Positions 35,215 to 48,194 are shown, numbered from the stretch's first letter. The stretch: 64,000 nt of DNA from Ramazzottius varieornatus (GCA_001949185.1 BDGG01000018.1:248001-312000), one strand, 5' to 3'. The notes: a model not told the origin generated them from the sequence alone. Translations and numbers: made by a program.

Positions 35215-37411
35215 TTATGCGGCGGTAGCCTTCTTTGAATCTTTATCTACCTTGGCATCCTTGGTGTTCTTGGCCTCTTTTCCTTGGTTGACTTTATTTC
35301 CTTCCTTTCCTTGCTGGTCCTTGGCCTCCTTTTCATGGAGTTCCTCGTAGGTCTGCTCGGCCTTGTTCCACTGCTTCTGCGCTTCCGTCTTCACATCCTC
35401 AACCTTGGCCGACACCTTTTCGGCCGCCTCCTTGCCCGTCTTCTTGGCGCTATCCAGCTTGTCGTTGATGCCCTTCTTCACTTCATCGCTCTTCTCTTGG
35501 GCGGCCTTCTTGGCATCATCCACCGTCTTCTTGGCCTTACCCGACACTTCCTCGACCTTGTCGCTAGTTTGCTCCTTCAGCTTCTTCGACTCATCGGTCA
35601 CTTCGTCGACTTTATCCGAAGCCTGCTTCTTCAGCTCAGCAGCCTTCTTCGACGCCATATCTTTCACATCATCGACGGTCTTGCTGGCTTGATCTTTCAC
35701 ATCTTTGGCCTTACCAGAGGCTTCATCAACCTTATTGCTAGCTTGCTCCTTCAAGTCAGCAGCCTTCTTGGCGGCTTGGTCCTTCAGGTCCTTTGCCTTT
35801 CCGGAGACTTCATCCACCTTGTCAGAGGCGGCCTTCTTGGCTTCCTCGACTTTATCGGAGGCTTGGTCTTTCAGATCAGCGGCTTTCTTGAAAGCTTGGT
35901 CTTTCAGGTCCTTGCCTTTGCCAGAGACCTCGTCGACCTTGTCGGAAGCGGCCTTCTTAGCTTCCTCGTACTTGTCAGAGGCTTGGTCTTTCAGTTCCGA
36001 TGCCTTCTTGGAAGCCTTGTCCTTCACATCGTCCACCGTCTTCTTGGTATCTTTCACCTACCAATAAGAAACCATAAACACCAGCCAGATCTAACAAAAG
36101 CAGCATTCCTTACTTTTCACAAAGCTGCATACTATCCCTTCAGTAAACTGACTCACAGAACGTATGCAGGTAGGCGTGGGACTAATTCTGCCTTCCCCTC
36201 GCACGAACCTGCATTCTCCTGATCATTGAATCCCCAGTCAAGCTAGTATGCAGGTGGGCGAAAGTTCAGCAAAACTTGCTTTTACGATTTCGGCAATGGT
36301 TCCCATATTTGTGCAAAGTAGTTTATCCCTACTCATACCTTGGAATCAGCTTGGTCTTTCAAGTCCGATGCTTTATCTTTGGCAGCTTCGTAGGCATCAC
36401 CAGCAGCCTTCTTGGCATCGTCGACAGTCTTGCTAGCCTTATCCTTCAGCTCGGAAGCCTTTCCCGCAGCTTTGTCCGCGATATCCTTGGCCACTTTCTT
36501 GGCTTCGTCCACCTTATCCCCGACAGCTTCTTTCACATCACCTACCTTATCCTTGACGGTTTCGTAGGCGTCAGAAGCGCCTTTGCTAGCTTGGTCCATC
36601 GTGGCGCTGGCAGTGTCCTTGGCGGACTTGGCGGCATCAGCCGCGGCGTTCTTCACCGTCTCTGCGGCCTGGCCAGCAGCGTCCTTAGTCATCTTGCTCA
36701 CGTCATCCAGCTTGTCCTTGGCGCCGGACGCAGCGTCGGTGGCAGCCTTCTTGGCATCTTCTACCTGTGAAATAACCAGGAAGAGACGTCAGCAACGGCT
36801 GAGTCAGCAACCCTCGAGCTAACCATGCGCAGTGCACGTGTGCGAAGGACCGTAAGGTGCCCCAGGGGAGGTGTATCACCGCCATCACGCACGTACACAC
36901 AAACGCAATCAAGGGATATCGTGAGACTGCCTCACGCATATGCGTGACGATTGCACACAAATCAGCACAAACCACATGTGCACACTTTTGAACTTGAATT
37001 CGAATGCTGGACACCCAAATCAACCCTCGAAACACGCAGACTACGTCATTAGAATGCTCACAGTACTGACTGGTAGCTCTGGATCTAGAGTTGGTCTGAT
37101 GACATACTGCGGCACTTTGACTGTACCTTTTCGCCAGCTGCTTCCTTCAATTTCTGTGCCTTATCAGCGGCGTCATGGGATGCTTGCGTCCACCGTTCCT
37201 TGACGGCTTCGGTAACGGTCTCGAAGGTCTCGCCAGCCAGGTCCTTTACATCGATCAGCTTCTCCTTGGCGTATTCGTATGCCTCGGCAGCCAGACCGAC
37301 GCCATCCTTCATCAAGTCTTCGGCCGCATCCTTCAGCTTCTCCTTGGCCTTCTCGAAACCGACGGCTTGTCCCACCAGGCACACGGCCAGCACCAGCGCA
37401 ACGTACCTCAT
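35215..37411 (-). CDS. Secreted group-3 LEA-like protein, about 517 aa; exons 37411-37127, 36764-36339, 36057-35215
   Basis: Signal peptide MRYVALVLAVCLVGQAVG; K/A/D/E-rich 11-mer repeats such as KASELKDQASD; phase-0 GT-AG introns. Confidence 0.88.
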
Positions 37412-38273
37412 GGTTCGGGCTTTGTAAGGTATCTAGAAAGATGAAGCTTCTGCCACCAGGCACCAAAACTGATTACAGAAAATAATTTGTACGAGTCCAG
37501 CTCGTAAACTTCGATTGTGAGAACAGGTGAAAAATGGAAAATCCTGTCACAGTCCGGTGCGAACTACTTTGGCGTGTTATCAGGTCATGACGTGGCACGC
37601 GCAGTCCACATGGCCGACATACACCTGCATACTCCATCCAACAGTGTTCTTCTACTTGCCGTGTATCGCAGTGTGTACTCCACCAGTGCGCACAACGTTC
37701 ACCAATGAATACACATGGCGCCAGCTGTTTGGATAAGTTGATTTCGATTGACCGAGTCTGTTACGCCGCTTACGCGTCGTCGCGTCCAAACTGCGAAATC
37801 GAAACCCTTCGGACGGTCTTCCGAGTTGACTCTTCTTGTTTACTGTTCTCATTTCTCAGTTTTCTCGCACTTTACAATATTCTTGACCGTACGAAGGGGT
37901 AAGATTGGTACGAACTAGAAGTTTTTATTTGGAACAAAAATGCGTATCACGTGATAAAACGTCAAACGAACAGAACTTTGTAAAGAGCAGGAGAACGAGT
38001 CAAAGAACAGACAGACGGAAGGAAAAACACCCAGGTAGAGGAACAAGAACAACATTGGTAGGGACACTCACATGGCGTACAACTGCTACTACCTTAGGAA
38101 GGAAGAGTATGATAATACAGACTGAAAGCAGGACATTCGATACGGCTGCAAAGTACCAAGATCAAAATACCATAGTCCACCACGAAAAGCCTTCACTCAC
38201 TACAACCAAATCTGAAAAAGAACGAAGACAAGGCGAGCGATACTACGGGGACAAGAAGTTTGCACTGCGGACT

Positions 38274-39422
38274 CTAGACAGACTTGACAGCTTCCTTGAC
38301 CTTGTCGACGACGTAATCCTTGGCGTTGCCCAACGTTTGCGTGGTGGCGTCCTTCAGCTCCACTGTCTTCTCCGAAATGGTATGGCCGGCTCTGACGGCT
38401 GCTGCTCCAGCAGCATCTTTCAGTTCTCCAGTCTTCTCGACGATGCTGTGGCCTGCTTTGACGGCAGCTTCGCCGGCGGCGTCCTTCAGTTCAGCCGACT
38501 TCTCGATGATGGTCTCTTTGGCCATACCAGCACCTGTCAAAATTCACTCAACACTGGATCAGATCGCACAAAACCAGCCCCATCATTGTTCCAAGTACCA
38601 ACGTTAGGTGACCGCCGTTAAAAGCTGACAAGTCGACACTATATCGAAATTCGTCTGGAATTAGTTTGAATCTCTTTCAATTTGGTCCTATCTTCATTTT
38701 CGATTCTTCCCACCTTCGATGATCTTGTCCTTGGCGATGGCAGCTCCTGTAGAAGGCGAAGAAACGTTACTAAACACCAAATCGACGACCAAAGCTAACA
38801 GTTACGAACGGCCGGAGTGTTCTGTCCAGCGCTTTTGTGATTCGCGAGGATTTTCCGGAAATAACTTTCAGAAAATGAAACAAATTTCACCTTCGACTAT
38901 CTTCTCCTTGGCGTATTCGGCACCTTGTTCGGCCAGAACCTTAGCTTCGGCCAGTTTCCTGGCTGCTAGCTCCTCGGCAGTCCAGAGTGTCTGGGTGGCT
39001 GCGTCTTTGAACTCCTTGATCTTTTCAGGGCCATGTTCAGCCACATAGGCAGCTCCGTCGTGAGCAGCCTTCTTGGCTTCTTCCAGCTTCTCCTCGGCCA
39101 GGTGCTCAGCCTGCGTCCACCGCTCCTTCGCTTCCTTCTGGGCAATGTCGTAGGCTTCTCCGGCCAACTCGGCCCCATCGGCTAACTTCTCCTTGGCGTA
39201 CTCAAACCTGCATTAAAAAAATCAAGATTAACAAGAATTTCCATTCATTCCAACCTCCAACATCAATCAATCAAGCATCCACACTCACGCTTCGCCTGCG
39301 ACGACTTTGGCATCTTCGTACAAATCTGCTGCAGCTTCTTTCAGACTTTCCTTGGCCTTTTCCCATGAATAACCGACACTGACCAAGGAAAGCGTTATGA
39401 GAAGGATACATAGGACCTTCAT
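38274..39422 (-). CDS. Second secreted LEA-like protein (paralog); exons 39422-39289, 39207-38891, 38746-38714, 38533-38274
   Basis: Signal peptide MKVLCILLITLSLVSVG; WEKAKESLKEAAADL...EAFEYAKEKL matches the neighbour's FEKAKEKLKDAAEDL...EAYEYAKEKL; 11/22-aa repeats. Confidence 0.85.
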
Positions 39423-40218
39423 TCTGAAATCTGCAACAGAAGCGACGGTCACAAAACCATGAAAATAGGCCGCAGGCGTAAACTCGATTCGTCATTTCGT
39501 CTGCAACGCGATCTCTTACCTGGGGTTGTCCGGCGGCGAAAACTTGATATCTCTCTTCACGGAGACTATCGGGTGATGAAACTTCGATCTGCACTTTCGA
39601 CGTTGGAACAAAACAGGAGTAAATTAATTGTTACGTACATAAGAGGAAAGAACTTTTCTGTGAGAGAAAATTTTTATCGATCACGAGCATAGCACGGGGA
39701 ATACGTCATAAGTAAGGTGAAAGAGGCGGAGTCGACGATTCTGTGGGCTCGTCCACTTGGTTACGTAATTGCGAAGTCGACTATTTTGGCAAGCCATACA
39801 GACACTACAGGAAACTCCGAGGACCGGAAGTGCTTCTTTAGTGTTCTTCTGAGCCAAGAGATTCCATGAAAGAATCAGTCCTTCTTCCGAACCCATTCGC
39901 AGGAGTTTCCAAGCTCAAGATAATCCTTTAGTTGAGAACACCCGCTCCCACAGACTGGGAGCAAAGCTCGGCGATCCAGAATCGACAGAAAGCATCATCT
40001 TCAGAGCAAATTTCTTCATACAAAAGCATGGAAAAGGAGTGTTCAAATTGGCTCCGGTAATATATATCAAACATGAGCGTTTCATGATAACGCGTCAGAG
40101 TAAACGAGCTCTCGGTTAGTAAGAAACTCACAGTCAAACAGAAAGCTACCAGCGTGAAAACAGGCATGTTAAAACCATAAAACGTCACACAGAAAGAATC
40201 ATGCGATCTTCATGCAGC

Positions 40219-41558
40219 TCACCGACGTCGCTTCATCAAAACATACCCCCCGATGGCCAGCGCTCCCAGTACAGTTGCCACACCCATGATTTGTAAGCCA
40301 TAAGCGTACAGGATGGTCGATCCACCCAGTTGCAGCAAGTCACTGGTCGTGATGTGCGTTATCGCCACCTGCCAAACATGAGCCACTGTCAAAAGCGAGA
40401 GGCTACTGAACAATCGCGCTTCCTTACCTTTTGGAAGGAAGGTCGTTCGTTAATGCGCTGGTAGTACATAGCCAAGTAGGGTCTCCTGGAAATGCTCCAG
40501 AAGCGTGGAGCCAAACCCAGGAGGTAGCAGCGACTGAGGAGAATCGATAGGGAAATATCCGCCGTGGTGAACTTCTCAGAGCACAGCCACCAGTTCTTCC
40601 GATCTATCATCGACATCCACAACGTAAAGAGCACAGAAGAAAGGGTCAAGATGTTGGAAAAGGTAATATACCTGCTGAATTGGAGTTTAGTCGTAAATGT
40701 TCTTCTATTCTATCCAGCAAGCTTTCCAGCTCGTTCAGCTTGGCATTGACCATTGCTGTGTTGCCGACGTTGTTGTCCGAGTCTAGTACTCTCGACAACT
40801 TCTTGCTGAAGATGGCTGAGTATTCAGGGTGCTTTTCCATCTGGGTGTTGATGAATTTTTGCCGCTGGAAGAAGCGATCTAGAGAAGAGAAAGAGCCCAA
40901 GTTGGATCGACTTCCGGTCAGTCGCTCAAAGCTCATTATCCCAGCGAATTTACCTCCAAGTCCCTTCTTGACAAAATTAGGCACCTTAGTTTTCTCCAAG
41001 AGAGCTGGCTGCTTCAAGGTGCCGTAGGTGATATATTCGACGGGAACAGCGTCGATGGCTTCGCGGAGGTACTTGAATTTGTGATATTCAATGCTGGACT
41101 TTGGTGGAGACAGCGCCGCGTAAGGTGCTGAAAGAAATGCCAACGTTACTCTTCCGGCACTGGTCATGGCTGGTTAGGTGCTCCCTACCGTCGCTATAGT
41201 TTTCCTCCAGGTAGTCGATAATCCTGGCCGAGTCAGCGACCACTCTCGTTCCATCGCGTAGGACAGGCACTTCACACTCGGGGTTCAGCTTGACAAACCA
41301 GGCTTCATAGTTCTCTCCCGAGTTGATGTCGATAAACTCCAAGGCGTGGGGTATCCCTTTCTCCAGTAGAGCCATCCGTACCTGCAGACAGAAAAGCGGT
41401 CAGCGTGGATTGCGGAGAGTACAAGTACAGACTGGTGAAGCCAAACGGAGTTAGAATTATGGGCACGAAGCTACCTTCTGGCTGTAATAGGAGAGGGGAT
41501 AGTAATACAGGACCAGCTGCGCATTGGGATGAGGGAGCTTCCCGTTCTGTCCAGCCAT
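40219..41558 (-). CDS. GDAP1: Ganglioside-induced differentiation-associated protein 1 (GST-like, tail-anchored)
   Basis: LVLYYYPLSYYSQK, ENYEAWFVKLNP..EVPVL, IIDYLE, WWLCSEKFTTADISL; C-terminal TM segment followed by KRRR. Confidence 0.92.
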
Positions 41559-41818
41559 CTTTCACGACAAAGGTAACACTCGAGATTCTACCGATGGTCC
41601 TGCGTTCAGCATAACATTTATCCAGCTGAGAGAACTGAGGACTGATTCTGTTTGAATTTTATAGAACGATAAAAGGGATGAACTATGAAGATTCACCCAG
41701 AGTGGAGTCGGAGTAACACAGCACGACCGTACAACTTTCACTGCACTTGGAAATGCTTGGCAGGTCGTTCGCGCAAGATTGGTAGACGGGAAGTCGGCAA
41801 GCGATTTCCACCCAGATC

Positions 41819-41867
41819 GTTATGGCGCACGTGGTCATTGTTGTTGGCCGAGAGCGTGCGCCACTTG
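41819..41867. repeat. Palindromic dyad repeat upstream of GDAP1, followed by a half copy at 41904-41915
   Basis: GTTATGGCGCAC-25 nt-GTGCGCCACTTG. Confidence 0.8.
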
Positions 41868-42310
41868 AAAAAACAATCGTGAAACTCGACAAGACTGCTC
41901 TCTCAAATGGCGCGCGCTTCCAGCGTTATTGGCTGAAAGCCTTCTCACAAGAAACGGTTGACCTCTGTTGATCATATTCCTTGTCCTCGCTAGGACGATT
42001 AACCACCACCAAAACTGTTATGATTGTACAAGTGCACCGAGGGAAAGTCCGGTCATATGAACGGGCAATGAATAGTACAAAAACAACAAGCTATAAAACA
42101 AAGTGTTATCGAACAAAAATCCCCACTTCTGCTTACTGAATAAAAGCTCCAAACAGTACACATTGCAACTGGCGCTTCATAGAAGCAAAACATTGTACGT
42201 AAATATGGGCGAGGAAGAAAACTCAACAAAGATAAGTCAAATGATGTGTAGAAAGCAAAAGTATTACAGAAATGATCAGACCAAACAGTCATCCTATCAA
42301 AAACAGACAC

Positions 42311-44863
42311 TCAGCTCAGCAACCTTTTCCAAGATCTTAACCTGGTCCGAAATTCTGTCGGCTTCTTCGCAGTGTGTCGTCCCAGTGAGACACCGGAATG
42401 GGCACTGATGTCATACAGCGTCTCGTCGGTTTCTTCCGAGACGGAAGGACCCAACTCGAGAGCCTTCTCCACCTCGCCACCTTCATCTTCGGCGGGGCCA
42501 TTCTCACAGCAGGATGTATCAGCATGGTCAGCAGCCACCACGCCTCCACTGCGCTGTGTCCTCCTCGTCCTCATTGGAGAAGTGGAAGAGACACAACAGG
42601 GGGCGCTTCTCTTTTTTCTGACTGTTTTGGCGTTACTATCCTTCTCACCTGCTCGTATGTTAGGCGCCGGCTCGAGAGGGGCCAAGGGAAAACAAGTCAG
42701 ACAGGAAGAAGTGCCATCGGCTTTGCTATCAGCCGCTACTTCGTCAGGAGGGGCTTGGGCGGCGCCTTCTTCAGCCAGCAGCATACCTTCAACCCACTGG
42801 CGTATGACTGCCGGACCTACCACCGGGTGACGCTCCAGGGCTGACAGCGTCGAAGTAAAGGCACATATACTAGAGAGTTTGTCTGCCGAGAGAAACTTGG
42901 CTTCGGGAAGCAGGCATAACTCTGCTACTTCGTTTAGGACTTCCTCCTCTTTAGCGAAAGTTTTGACGATTAAGACGTCGCGTTTCTGCATCAGGTCGTA
43001 CATCAGCCGAATCTATATCCATACAAACCAAGTTTCACAAAACCTTAGTGAAATAGATTTGCAGAATTAATATTTGCGACTCCAGAAAACAAACTTGACC
43101 AGATGGTGCTTTCAAGTGGCGCACGTTACCGGCCAATAAGTGGAGACGTGCGCTAATCTTGTCGAATTTGCTGGGCGAGTTCTCATTTTGTACTAGCGGA
43201 ACAAAGGCCTACCCTTTCGGCATCATGGCGAAGGCGTTGAGCATAGGAGATGCTGGTCAAGTTCCATGCTGCCAGCAGGGAAATGCGTCGGTAGTCAAAC
43301 TCGACGGCGGGGGGAAACACCAATGGCTGCATGAAGCCATCCTAAAGGATAAGCAAACAAGGTCGGATCAAAGGCATCTAGCAATAAGTTGCGAGAAGAA
43401 AGCCAATGCTACGCTTACCTGTATCTTGCACTTCCAATATTCCCATATATCAAAAGAGGTCTGAGAGCTGAGGCTGAAAGCTTTGCCCAAACTAATGTGA
43501 TCGACGGTATCCAACGTTTCCGCCGTCAACTCGATAAACCTGCACCCCAGAAAAAATCTGGAAATGATCAGTTGCAGGCCAGAAGGAAGATGGCCTACTT
43601 ACCTTTGAAGAGCAAAGTACTCGTGTACCCTGCGTTTAAGGCTGCCTTCCGGCGTTTTACTCATGATCTGCAGCGTGCCGCGCATTTTGGCCATGACAAG
43701 CTCGTTCTTCCTCACTTCCAGGGCCGACATCAGCCTCTCCAAGTCGTCCGCCGAGATCTTTGAAATCTCTGCAACAAAAGACCACACATCTCTAGGAGAA
43801 TATTGCTGCAAACTGCCAACGTCAATTTGACGTACTACGATCGGCGGCAAATCTGTTGTAGCAATCGAGCCATATCAAGTCTTTGCTGGACAGGAAGTAG
43901 ACCGGCTTGGTGGGCGCAACGGTCTTCAGCCATGGAGGATGCGGCAAGAAAGCAGGAGACACCATTCGCCCTTTGGCTGCTCGTTTCGACGGAAAGGACA
44001 GCGCAGGATCGCTATAATTGAACGAAACTATATCATGAAAATGTCTGACTAGAACGGCAGCGCGGTCAACAGGCTCCAATCAAAGAAGTGGCGCAAGTGG
44101 CGCACACCATCAGCAAATTATGGTGGTCGCCTGCGCTACGTCAGAGCATCAGCCAACTCGACAAGATTGTTCCTCCAAGTGGCGCACGCTTCTAGCCACC
44201 AACACAGACAAAGTGCGCCTTTTGGAAAGCCGATCCTGTCAAGTTTGTTTGCCGAGCAAATCAGTTTGGCTGTATCAGGATTCATAAAATGCCAAGAGGG
44301 TGAAAGGGATATGAAGGCGGAATTACCTGGTCAGCTCCACCACTTTGACAAGGGTGCCGTTCCTGCAAACAAGAGCCAGCCTCCGGTGCAAGTTGCGTAC
44401 ATGAAGTGGTTGGGAACAAGAGAAGACATACTTGTGAGGAGCTCGTTCGCTGGCGTCGACCAGGACTTCGATGCCTCTCTTCTCCAGAGCATCGGCGCTG
44501 ATTCGGGGATATTCGCCCCAGAAAGGCTCGGTGCCGCCATCGCCTTCCTGACGATCACGGATGCTCTCCACAACATACTTGGAGGAGATGATGACCTTCT
44601 CGGCGTGTCGCAGCTTGGATATGCGACGGCGTGGCGTTGTCGAGGCCGAAACTGCCACGGTCGTCGAGACACATCCCTCTGCAAAGAAAAGAACAAGATC
44701 AAGCTTGATCGACAGTACCAACGAGCGCCCCCTACAGACGGGCAATGGGCTCGTTGGGCCGGCCTCGGCTTCGCCTGCGCTCATCCTGCCAAAATGTCTT
44801 ACCGTCATGGACGTTAGCTTTTTCGCTCACAGCATCGCCTCGATCCCTGTGAAGATATGGCAT
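42311..44863 (-). CDS. Small EPC/BRPF/JADE-like (EPL1) protein without PHD, bromo or PWWP domains; start uncertain
   Basis: PVYFLSSKDLIWLDCYN...ISADDLERLMSALE (EPL1-like) and IWEYWKCK...QPL...QRLRHDAERIRLMYDLMQKRD (BRPF/JADE-like coil). Confidence 0.65.
43113..43161. repeat. Palindromic dyad repeat (intronic, right arm degenerate)
   Basis: CAAGTGGCGCAC-23 nt-GTGCGCTAATCTTG; total span still 49 bp. Confidence 0.7.
44094..44224. repeat. Two tandem palindromic dyad repeats (44094-44142 and 44176-44224), intronic
   Basis: CAAGTGGCGCAC-25-CTGCGCTACGTC and CAAGTGGCGCAC-25-GTGCGCCTTTTG. Confidence 0.85.
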
Positions 44864-46222
44864 CGCTGGTGACACTCCGAAAAGAGAGAGAAGGCGGCTG
44901 GCTGGCGACGCTGTCTTCACTGCTTTCCGCTTGCTGCAAAATCACGAAACATCATCTCAATCAGACCAAGTCCCCCTTTTTCGGCCAGGTCCTCCTGTCC
45001 CTGCCAACAGGACTCAACACTCGGAGGAAAGCCAGCAGGGCTAGAACTTAGAAGAGCCAGCAAGTGGCAAATGCTGGCTGGCTGCTGATCACATGACGGG
45101 ACGCCACTAATCAAGCATGAAGCGTACCACGTGACCGCTCCGCCATGTTAAAAGGCCTGCCGCCTTGGGCCGGTTTACTGGCGGCGTGACTCTGTGACGT
45201 CACCTGTCCTCGCCAACCCCACAACTTTCCCCAACAAGACTTCAGATTTGCTCTTCACGGATCACAACCTTTTAACCTTGGTCAAAATCCCTGGCTATAA
45301 GGAGCAGCCAAGTATGCACCACAAAACGTGCCAGCGCAGACTTCCAGAGCCTGTCTCAGCAACCTTGTCTCCACAAATGGGCAAAACTACCCCTTCCAAT
45401 CAACAAGCAATCAAGCAACAGCGCCAGCTATAGCTCACTCACACCAGCCAGATTCGGACATGCACAATTACCTTTGGTCTTGTCTGTGAATATCCCAAGA
45501 CACAAGCCCAGCATGGAGTAAGGAATCCGAAGAGGAGTAAGCACAAAACGGCAACAGTAACTGGACGGGTGTCAGCTCCGAAAGATCTCGGGGATCAATG
45601 AGTTGTACCAATTACCAGAATGTGAAGCTGGCAGTTTTCCGTTGGTCCTCACGGCCTGACAAAGCTGCATGAATAGCTGTATTTGGCAGGCGACACCTTT
45701 GTACTGATGTCGGATAGAGAAAATCCCCAGCTGTTTCGGTATAGGACCGTACCTCCGTAACCCGTGTCCGTAACTCGTACCGACTGGCGGGAGTCGAACG
45801 CAAATAAACTGGACAGCTAACGACCCGCAGCCAATGTGCCGTGTGGCGGTGTCCGTAGCCTTTGTTTGTTTTGGTCACGTGCTCCTGTTCGTCTGTTTAG
45901 GTGACCCACACGGTCACTTCTCACGGTATCTCCAGCAGGCTGGAGCACGTGGTGAGCGTGATGAATGGAAGGCTGCATGACGCATGGTTTGCTGATGGTG
46001 AGTCATACTGGCTCCACAGGATTTCCACCGTATGATTCAACATACGAAGAATCATTTGGTAAAATTTGTGAATGAAACAATACCGTTCCTTCGTTTTCTT
46101 CGCTCGGACTCTTGCTGCCGGGATTTGTGTATAGTGACTGACGGGATTCGAGGAACAAGGATACATCGATCGGGCCAAGGAGCATTGGGACGGCAGGAAG
46201 GTTAGGCAGACTAAAGAGGAGA

Positions 46223-48194
46223 ATGCTGGGAGGAGGTAACCAATATGCCAGACTGAAGACCAACCTGCGGCTGGCGCTGAATCGTTTGAAGCTGCTGGAA
46301 AAGAAGAAGGCTGAGATGGCTCAGAAGGGACGTCGGGAGATTGCCGAGTATCTGGCGACGGGCAAAGAAGAACGAGCCCGAATTCGCGTTGAGCACATCA
46401 TCCGCGAAGACTACATGGTCGAAGCGATGGAGATGCTGGAAATGTACTGCGACTTGCTCCTCGCTCGCTTTGGCCTTTTGGAACAGATGAAGTAAGTGTC
46501 AAACCGTTCAAGAAGACACCACCACGTTTGGAAAATCCGTCGTAACTGGAAGACAGGGAGGAAACTATGTAGTGGAGAATTATATTCCTACGATATCATC
46601 TGGTTGGAATTTCGATATTAGACTGAATTTGGCAGGTCGCGCGGTGTTCTACCTGGCAAGAAATCGTTGTAGAGTGCGCGGTGGTGTTGCACTCCGCGGT
46701 CTGCGAAATTGTAGTTCTCGAATTCGAGAGATGATCAACCGAGTGACGTTTGTTTGATTAGGACAATGGACGAAGGTCTGGAAGAGGCCCTCACGTCCAT
46801 CATCTGGGCCGCCCCCCGCCTCGTCTCCGACGTGGGCGAGCTGAAAGTCATCACGGAGCAGTTGACCACCAAGTTTGGCAAGAAGTACGTGGCGGCTGTC
46901 ATCGAAAACCAGTTCAACACCGTCAACGAGAAGCTGATCCGCAAGTTGAGTGTCCAAGCACCCAAACGGCTGCTGGTCGAGCAGTACCTCGTCGAGATCG
47001 CTAAAAGCCACAAGATCCCCTACGAACCCGACGCGGCAGTCATGATGGAAGATAGCACGGCCGATCCGCTGCTCGACTTTGGCGCGGACGGTAGCCGTCG
47101 ACCACCCGGCAGTTCAGGTAAGAGTCACCCGACACATGGTCGTTTTTCCAAGTGGCGCACAGTTTCATTGCTGTGGGCTGAAAGTGTGCGCCACTTGGGA
47201 TATCGATCGGCTTCAAGTTGCTCACCGACGTCCCAGCTGACTTCCTGTCGTTCTTTTGCAGGAGGAGGAGGCGGTGGCGGAGTTTCGGGAGGTGTTCCAG
47301 CTGCTCCTACGGTGCGGGATATCTTCGCTTCGGTGCAGGCCCAAGGAGGAGTCAGCGCGGGGACCAACACTGATCCTCCTCCACCCATCTATCCAGAACG
47401 GGGACAGAGGTTCAACGACTACGAACAGACTTCATTGGACCAGTCTATGGAGGTCGGTTCAGCACGTTTCCAGTTGCTCGGAAACTTGGAAATGGGTTTT
47501 CGATTTTCTGGTGTTTTTTTAGCGTTTCCTGAATAAGGATTTGGAAGCAAACCAGATAAGCGAACCGCAGCCTTTGGATAACTCCATGACGCCGACTGCG
47601 CCTCCACCTGCCTACGATAATTCACGTAAAAGCTTTTTCCGCTTCGCACGATTGTAACGAAAAGTGAAAAATCGAGAGAAAAATGGCTTCATTCATTCTT
47701 CAGTACAATCGGGAGCGTGGCAAACAAATTAGAAAAAGTTATTCTCCCAAGTGGCGCACGCTTGCAGTCAACAAGACCGACAAGCTGCACCACTTGGGAA
47801 AGCTCTTGATCAGTTTGTTTGCCGAGGTCCCGGTTAGGGAAACTTTTCGAAGATTACCTTGCTGGTGATTGTGACTGAATGGCATTTTCATCAGGGCTGC
47901 TTTTCTGTTGTAGTTGCAAGTTACGGGATAGCGCCGACGAGGGAGCCTCCCGTGGCTCCTACCAGACAGATACACGACAATGCTTCTGCTCCGGTTCCCT
48001 CACCCCGAACACACTTTGCCGGTAACCGCAAACCTTCGACCCCCGCCGACACGGACCTGCCCGAACTTCCGTCGGTGCCAAAGGACGACGCCGAAGAGGA
48101 GAATGTCAATGACTACAGGGAAGATAACAGTGCCAGCAACCTGGACTTTGAGGATTTGAACCGACGCTTCGAAAACCTCAAAAAGAAAAAATGA
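46223..48194 (+). CDS. IST1: ESCRT-III-associated factor IST1
   Basis: LKTNLRLALNRLKLLEKKK, ERARIRVEHIIREDY, IIWAAPRL; C-terminal LPELPSVP and DFEDLNRRFENLKKKK. Confidence 0.96.
47149..47197. repeat. Palindromic dyad repeat with perfect arms in an IST1 intron
   Basis: CAAGTGGCGCAC-25 nt-GTGCGCCACTTG. Confidence 0.9.
47748..47796. repeat. Palindromic dyad repeat in an IST1 intron
   Basis: CAAGTGGCGCAC-25 nt-CTGCACCACTTG. Confidence 0.85.

Noticed and set aside
35284-36222. 312-aa hydrophobic plus-strand ORF
   Set aside because: Antisense shadow of the repetitive LEA exon; its codon bias avoids stops on the opposite strand
44086-44250. Repeat-spacer-repeat pattern reminiscent of CRISPR
   Set aside because: Eukaryotic intron; arms are inverted rather than direct, spacers are mutually homologous, and there are no cas genes
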